Shown here: positions 6,710 through 10,895 of the stretch, one piece after another
Position numbering within the stretch: the stretch's first letter is position 1
How the letters are laid out: every line of letters begins with the position of its first letter
DNA from: a candidate division WOR-3 bacterium
Lineage (GTDB): Bacteria; Hydrothermota; Hydrothermia; LBFQ01
NCBI GenBank assembly: GCA_039802605.1
Contig: JBDRWW010000019.1
Span: 1-10,895 of the forward strand
Direction of reading: 5' to 3'
DNA length: 10,895 nucleotides
Translations under genes and position numbers: made by a program
Notes under the pieces: model-generated
What the model saw: only the letters and a program-made list of their open reading frames with translations
Databases searched by the model: none
Told to the model about the DNA's origin: nothing

Positions 6710-6881
6710 ACCTTTTTATCGCCTCCATCTCTGCATTTAGTTTAATTATCGTCTCTTCAAGTTGGTTAATCTTTTCGGTTAACTTTTGAAGTATGTGTTC
6801 ATGTCTCCATATTAAATAAATGGCCACCACAATGGGGAAACCAACTTGTTGAATGGCATTAATGATAACATTCACATCCAT
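6681..6881 (-). CDS. YvrJ-family, holin-like small membrane protein (66 aa)
   Basis: IQQVGFPIVVAIYLIWRHEHILQKL followed by a coiled coil matches the YvrJ pattern. GGAG SD. Confidence 0.7.
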   Translation of the reverse strand: MDVNVIINAIQQVGFPIVVAIYLIWRHEHILQKLTEKINQLEETIIKLNAEMEAIKRYVDNDNRQD

Positions 6882-7299
6882 GCTTCTCCTCCTTCTCTAA
6901 GTAGTATAACAGTAGAAACGCGAGAATGGAGCGTATAACATTTTCATATCGGTCGTAAAGGATTTCAAGTATGGATAATATTTCCGTCGGGTCGTATCCG
7001 GCTTCATACATGTATGCCACTGCAAGGAGGTCGGGGACAAACTCGTTTTGTCTCATCCCCAGCTTATGCATGTACTTATGCATGTATAGGTGTCCTAACT
7101 CGTGTAAGGTAATAAACAGTTGTGTATATTCATCAACATTTTGGGGTAAATATATCACAGCCGGAAGGGTGGTTTTAGATGAAAATTCTATATGTCCCTT
7201 TGTGTTTGTTGCAAATTTTATTTTTATGTTTGGAAGCGTCTTTTTTACAAATTGCCGAAAATCCGTAAGAAAAAGGCTTAATATTTCCCTCTTCTTCAT
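6859..7299 (-). CDS. ImmA/IrrE-like zinc metallopeptidase (146 aa)
   Basis: LFITLHELGH (HExxH) followed by NEFVPDLLA, which supplies the third-ligand Glu. Confidence 0.75.
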   Translation of the reverse strand: MKKREILSLFLTDFRQFVKKTLPNIKIKFATNTKGHIEFSSKTTLPAVIYLPQNVDEYTQLFITLHELGHLYMHKYMHKLGMRQNEFVPDLLAVAYMYEAGYDPTEILSILEILYDRYENVIRSILAFLLLYYLEKEEKHGCECYH

Positions 7300-7769
7300 A
7301 ACTTCAACACGCCAAATTTAAAGAGTAAGAAGACAACGAAGGCTATAAACAAAACAACAAGCAGGACAACAAGCAGGGTTGTATAGGCTTTTACCAAATC
7401 TGTAATCTGTTCAAGGAAGCCTTTTTTGGGTTTCTTTTCCTCCATGATTTCCCTTTTTATCCTTTGGCAACTTTCGGAAGTGGTATAAATATCTTGGAAT
7501 TTCCCGCCTTCAACCGAAAGGTTAGTACGTACCATTTTGTGGTGGTCGGGCTCAACGGTTAAACAGATATAAGGAGCCGTTCTTCGTAAGTCTCGGTATT
7601 CTTTCATTTTATACCAGTTTTGGCCATCCGGTGAATATTCTATGGTGCCGTTTATTTTATAATTTCCGTATTTGTCTCCGAAGATTACTACTATTGAGCG
7701 GGCGGAATGGGGGATTTGTATCTGAGTTTGGAGAGTATCTTTTTTGCCAAAAAATTCTTCTCTTTTCAT
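7296..7769 (-). CDS. Beta-rich protein with a C-terminal TM anchor (157 aa; start re-called to MKREEFF)
   Basis: The ATG at 7769 overlaps the upstream TGA (ATGA). IEYSPDGQNWY beta motif and C-terminal TM helix. Confidence 0.7.
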   Translation of the reverse strand: MKREEFFGKKDTLQTQIQIPHSARSIVVIFGDKYGNYKINGTIEYSPDGQNWYKMKEYRDLRRTAPYICLTVEPDHHKMVRTNLSVEGGKFQDIYTTSESCQRIKREIMEEKKPKKGFLEQITDLVKAYTTLLVVLLVVLFIAFVVFLLFKFGVLKL

Positions 7770-8200
7770 CTTGCCAAGGCTATCATGAGAGCTACCACCA
7801 AGAACAGAAGCATGAACCCTATAATTGCTATCCAAACCCATCCGGGTATATCGCTTCCGGTCTGAACTACAACGGGCTGTGAAGGCTGTGAAGGCTGCGA
7901 AGGGGGTTTTTCACCAAATAGGGCTTCGCCCACTTTCTTTACAACATCCCACATATTAAAATGTTCTATACGGTCAAAAAACTCGTCAAATTCATATACC
8001 GGTATGTATTTTTGAAGTTTGGGGTATTTATCTACCAAATAAACCAACGCCCCAACAAGTTCCTCTTTGCTTGCCGGCTTCCTTGCAAGTTTTTCGCCCG
8101 TCTCTCTGATAAAGAGTTCCAATAATTGCCTTACTTTCTCCTCATCCAGTTCTTTCAACAACTCCAAAACCCTCTCGTGTTGTGTCTTCTCTGCTGCCAT
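7766..8200 (-). CDS. Helical protein with a PSQ linker and C-terminal TM anchor (144 aa)
   Basis: GGAGAGG SD, PSQPSQPSQP linker, TM segment WVWIAIIGFMLLFLVVALMIAL. Confidence 0.75.
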   Translation of the reverse strand: MAAEKTQHERVLELLKELDEEKVRQLLELFIRETGEKLARKPASKEELVGALVYLVDKYPKLQKYIPVYEFDEFFDRIEHFNMWDVVKKVGEALFGEKPPSQPSQPSQPVVVQTGSDIPGWVWIAIIGFMLLFLVVALMIALAR

Positions 8201-8224
8201 GTTTTTACCTCTCCTTATTCTTTA

Positions 8225-9082
8225 TTAAAACTCCTCTTCTTCCTCGTATTCGTCAAAAGAGGCAGCAGGACCCATATGTCTTATAGGGCTGGGCTTGGGT
8301 GTAGGCTTGGGTTTTATCGGTTTCTCTCCACCTAAATGCAACCCCGGAGAACTATACCCCGATATATATAACACCAATGTAAAGGTTCGTACCTGCCCAG
8401 CAGGAACAGGCGGGAAGTTCAAAAGGCTTATGCCTGTATTTCCATCCAACACCAACCCCCTGGCCACGGTGAGAGGGGTGTCTTTGAAGTTATCTTCCTT
8501 TGCGTATTGACCTAGTGAGAAAGTCTCAAGGTCTTGCCTGTTTCCCCAAATTCCGTAAAGTTCGTATCTCACATTTATAGCGTGGAATTCCGCTAACGTC
8601 ATTCCACCGTCCTTTATAAACCTGATGGCCTCTACCCTTGCCGACTGCCTCAACACTATATCCGAAAGGTACTTAGCGTCTGCCACCCGTGTGCCGTTTA
8701 GGGTTATGGTTATATTGGCACTTGGGCTAATATTCACAAACGGGGCAGGGGCGAAGAGACCCTGTATAATTGGGGTCATAGGTGTTGTTCCCCCTGAATT
8801 GTCTACGGTTATCACAAGCGTAGCGCTATCTGGGGCATATGATGGTTTTCCCAGAAAAGTGTATTTACTCAACAACTCCTGATTTCTATATGCGATTGGG
8901 TATCTTTGCCTGATTATTCTCCCAAGGTCCCGAAAAGTGGCACCAACAATGTTCTCAAACTCGTCAAACGCCTCTCTGAAAACCCTCTTTATATCCGCAG
9001 GGTCAAAGGTTTCCCTTTCCAAAGCTTCCCTTGCTTTTTGTATTGCCTGCAAAACGCTATATTCCCTATTCTCCTTCTCCAT
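8225..9082 (-). CDS. Candidate major capsid protein (285 aa; helical N-terminus plus beta-sandwich/jelly-roll-like core)
   Basis: Largest soluble protein of the structural operon, with a strong AAGGAGG SD. Beta-rich from about aa 85 to 243, with a Pro-rich and acidic tail. Fold inferred by eye only. Confidence 0.5.
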   Translation of the reverse strand: MEKENREYSVLQAIQKAREALERETFDPADIKRVFREAFDEFENIVGATFRDLGRIIRQRYPIAYRNQELLSKYTFLGKPSYAPDSATLVITVDNSGGTTPMTPIIQGLFAPAPFVNISPSANITITLNGTRVADAKYLSDIVLRQSARVEAIRFIKDGGMTLAEFHAINVRYELYGIWGNRQDLETFSLGQYAKEDNFKDTPLTVARGLVLDGNTGISLLNFPPVPAGQVRTFTLVLYISGYSSPGLHLGGEKPIKPKPTPKPSPIRHMGPAASFDEYEEEEEF

Positions 9083-9093
9083 GGTTTACCTCC

Positions 9094-9285
9094 TTATGCC
9101 TTTTTAGGCTCTGTTTTAAATCCCAACATGACCGCGACCACTGACAAAACAAGGAATATAAACACTATATCAGATATGAGTTGGGGTAGATGCTTTCCTA
9201 AAAAGGCCATCCCCAAACCAACTACGATGGCCCCAACCAACGCTATGCCGAAATGTATGTACCGCAACTCAAATTTGTCCTTCAT
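9094..9285 (-). CDS. Small two-TM membrane protein (63 aa)
   Basis: Two hydrophobic helices. First gene after repeat array B. Confidence 0.7.
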   Translation of the reverse strand: MKDKFELRYIHFGIALVGAIVVGLGMAFLGKHLPQLISDIVFIFLVLSVVAVMLGFKTEPKKA

Positions 9286-9294
9286 GGTGCGGGT

Positions 9295-9390
9295 ATTTTG
9301 GGGTTGTTTTATTCCATTATTTACCCAGTTTACCCAGTTTTGCCCGTTTTTCCTATTTTCCAGTTTTGCCTATTTTTCCAGTTTTTCCAA
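9295..9390 (-). promoter_or_regulatory. 9-bp tandem repeat array with a -10-like box (promoter candidate B)
   Basis: TTTACCCAG TTTACCCAG TTTTGCCCG TTTTTCCTA TTTTCCAG TTTTGCCTA TTTTTCCAG TTTTTCCAA at 9320-9390. Minus-strand CAAAAT at 9295-9300. Confidence 0.6.
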
Positions 9391-10596
9391 AACTTGGGCT
9401 ACAAACTTCTCACTTATGATGTTTAGCATTTCCGTATAGCACTCCAATCTCGTGCGATTGTTTGGGTTTGGGTCTTTTTCAATCCTTCGAATCAGGTCTA
9501 ACAAAACATCCGATAAACTTTTTTGTTCCCTTAAACATTTGTATAACAACCGCACAAATATGTCTGTGAATGCTAAAATTTTCCCCTTTCGCCATTTTCG
9601 TGATACATATTTCGCAAGCGGTGAAAATATTTTCTTTTCTGTTCCTCTCCCAAATGAACTTATGTATATGTTATACCCAAGTACTAAAATTTCGCCTCTT
9701 ACATTTGTTATTTTCCATTCTCCTCGTTTTCCTTTCCCCGACGATTTCGTATTCCCGCCCAGAATCATATACGATATGAAACTATCCTCATTATGAAAGC
9801 GAGAAATATCCCAATACAACGCTTTTACGCAGTATGCGTATGCTATGTTTGAGTTAAAAAAATCCCCTAATATCCTCCTTTCGGTTTCTGTTAGTCTGTC
9901 AAGTTCTTCTTCCATTTGTTTCTGGATTTGTTTAATCTCTTTGATTATTACCTTTAAGGGTTGTATTAGGTGTGATATACCCAAATTGTCATATTCTCCC
10001 TTCTCTACTTTCTTTATTAACGCTTCCGAAGTTATCGGCACCTGGTGTGGGTAATAAATGGGTAGTATTTGTCGGAGGGTGTTTATAAATGATGTGCGAG
10101 CCTTGATTAATTTTTTGTATTGTGTATATAGCAAACGGGCTTTATGCATATCCGGGTTGAATTTGTGTATTTTTGCGTTATCCTGTCGGCCATACAAGTG
10201 AAGGTAATAAGCGTCAAAATAATCGTCTTTTGTTTTTCGGGTGTGTATGTAGAAGCGTGCAAACTCCCTTCCGTGTACGGTATATACTTCCTTGGCACCC
10301 AGCATAAGGAAAAGAATGCCATACCTGACGGAATAAGTCCCGGTGTTTTCTATTACCACAGTTTTACCTTTTACTATTTGGCCAAGTTGGTGGAGGTGGT
10401 TATCATGGTCGTATCTTTTCGGGGGTTCAAACTTTTGAACGGGTATTTTCTTTTCTTCTCCGGTTTCGGTGATGATTTTGGCGGTTTGGGGAACTTCTAC
10501 TTTTACCCCTTTCTCTATCCATACTTTAAACCCCTCTTCGGGGTCATAAAACACCAATATGCCGTTGCCTATATCACAGCCTATTACCTTTTGCAT
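9370..10596 (-). CDS. IS110-family (bridge) recombinase, divergent (408 aa)
   Basis: RuvC-like DEDD: D8 (IGCDIG), E83 (VIENTG), D125/D128 (KDDYFDA). Coiled coil RTSFINTLR. Tnp domain DISRF...SY...KSSG with candidate catalytic S286. AAGGAGG SD. Confidence 0.88.
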   Translation of the reverse strand: MQKVIGCDIGNGILVFYDPEEGFKVWIEKGVKVEVPQTAKIITETGEEKKIPVQKFEPPKRYDHDNHLHQLGQIVKGKTVVIENTGTYSVRYGILFLMLGAKEVYTVHGREFARFYIHTRKTKDDYFDAYYLHLYGRQDNAKIHKFNPDMHKARLLYTQYKKLIKARTSFINTLRQILPIYYPHQVPITSEALIKKVEKGEYDNLGISHLIQPLKVIIKEIKQIQKQMEEELDRLTETERRILGDFFNSNIAYAYCVKALYWDISRFHNEDSFISYMILGGNTKSSGKGKRGEWKITNVRGEILVLGYNIYISSFGRGTEKKIFSPLAKYVSRKWRKGKILAFTDIFVRLLYKCLREQKSLSDVLLDLIRRIEKDPNPNNRTRLECYTEMLNIISEKFVAQVLEKLEK

Positions 10597-10624
10597 GGTT
10601 CTACCTCCTTTTTGTTTTACCCCT

Positions 10625-10779
10625 ACCCCAGTAGGCGGAAATAGTCTCTTCTCCCTTTCGGGAAATATATATTTCTCCCTACTGGGGTTTTTTAAATAGC
10701 GGTAGGGGAGGTCGGAATAATGTTCAACTCCCCACTTATGTGGGCGGAATTATAGCCTCCTCCCCCGTCCCCTACCGCT
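10625..10779 (-). ncRNA. Bridge-RNA-like ncRNA: two stem-loops, each with a two-sided internal guide loop
   Basis: 12-bp stem 10698-10709/10768-10779 with apical CCCAC/GTGGG. 11-bp stem 10625-10635/10678-10688 with apical CCC-GAAA-GGG on the minus strand. Four GGGAG-N10-TTCC(G/C) units. Lies immediately upstream of the IS110 gene. Confidence 0.82.
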
Positions 10780-10895
10780 TGCATTCTACTCTTGTTTAAA
10801 TAGTTTTTTAAGCCGGATAGTTGGTATGGGTATGCGGGGTGGGTTGTTTTTGGGGTGTGGGTTTTCGGGTGTGTAAAGGATAATCCAGCCATCGG
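10769..10895. repeat. Terminal direct repeat, copy 2
   Basis: Identical to bases 1-127. Confidence 0.97.

Larger units (their letters stand above)
1..10768 (-). mobile_element. Complete circular genome of a small temperate tailless (packaging ATPase, likely jelly-roll) bacterial virus or virus-like integrative element
   Basis: 127-bp terminal redundancy. All genes on one strand with overlapping stop/start codons. Packaging ATPase, lysis-like genes, many TM proteins and two recombinases. No terminase, portal or tail genes recognisable. Confidence 0.8.

Noticed and set aside
7340..7348. AGGCTATAA as the internal target of the 5' RNA loop
   Set aside because: It matches only one guide. The adjacent sequence lacks TGTTCA and it lies inside a CDS.
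7770..7841. N-terminal extension of ORF 7296..7841
   Set aside because: It overlaps the TM-coding end of the upstream gene. The ATGA-coupled start at 7769 is more plausible.
7874..7903. GAAGGCTGT-type 9-bp repeat
   Set aside because: It simply encodes the PSQPSQPSQ linker.
9320..9390. 9-bp arrays (also 3880-3924) as CRISPR or TIGR arrays
   Set aside because: They are head-to-tail degenerate repeats without unique spacers, and there are no cas genes.
9370..10596. TasR (TIGR-Tas) nuclease instead of an IS110 recombinase
   Set aside because: It retains the DISRF...SSG serine motif, has only two guide loops, and the guides overlap at a core as in bridge RNAs. Not fully excluded without a phylogeny.
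154..10644. All + strand ORFs and nested - strand ORFs (326..511, 1667..1855, 2461..2646, 10107..10322)
   Set aside because: Antisense or out-of-frame shadows of well-supported genes, with no recognisable motifs.
10625..10697. Hairpin as a rho-independent terminator
   Set aside because: The T-run follows it only on the + strand, where no credible gene ends. The large patterned internal loop matching 749-762 fits a guide loop better.
10692..10892. 66-aa ORF in the track
   Set aside because: Out-of-frame shadow of the wHTH gene end, running through the structured ncRNA.
10769..10895. Biological terminal repeat (LTR or attL/attR)
   Set aside because: It is exactly 127 bp, a common assembler k-mer, and it cuts through a gene and the ncRNA stem. 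A circular overlap explains it best.

Overview
The window is a complete circular element of 10,768 bp: bases 1-127 are repeated exactly at 10769-10895, typical of an assembler k=127 overlap. All credible genes lie on the minus strand, many with ATGA/TAATG overlaps. The gene content suggests a small, tailless, probably membrane-containing temperate bacterial virus. It encodes an A32/FtsK-HerA-type packaging ATPase, a beta-rich candidate capsid protein, many small membrane proteins, a lysozyme-like muramidase, a YvrJ/holin-like protein, a spanin-like protein and basic DNA-binding peptides. The main finding is an IS110-family recombinase with intact DEDD and SG motifs, preceded by a two-hairpin ncRNA shaped like a bridge RNA. 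The guides of one loop match an intact 14-bp site in the element's own non-coding region (749-762), while the other loop predicts a site I could not find in the element. This suggests the whole viral circle is the donor for RNA-guided integration. The element also carries a Xer-like tyrosine recombinase whose 3' end overlaps a full tRNA-Gln(TTG), a dif-like 28-bp site, a TIR-like membrane cargo gene and two matched 9-bp repeat promoter arrays. No replication protein is recognisable.
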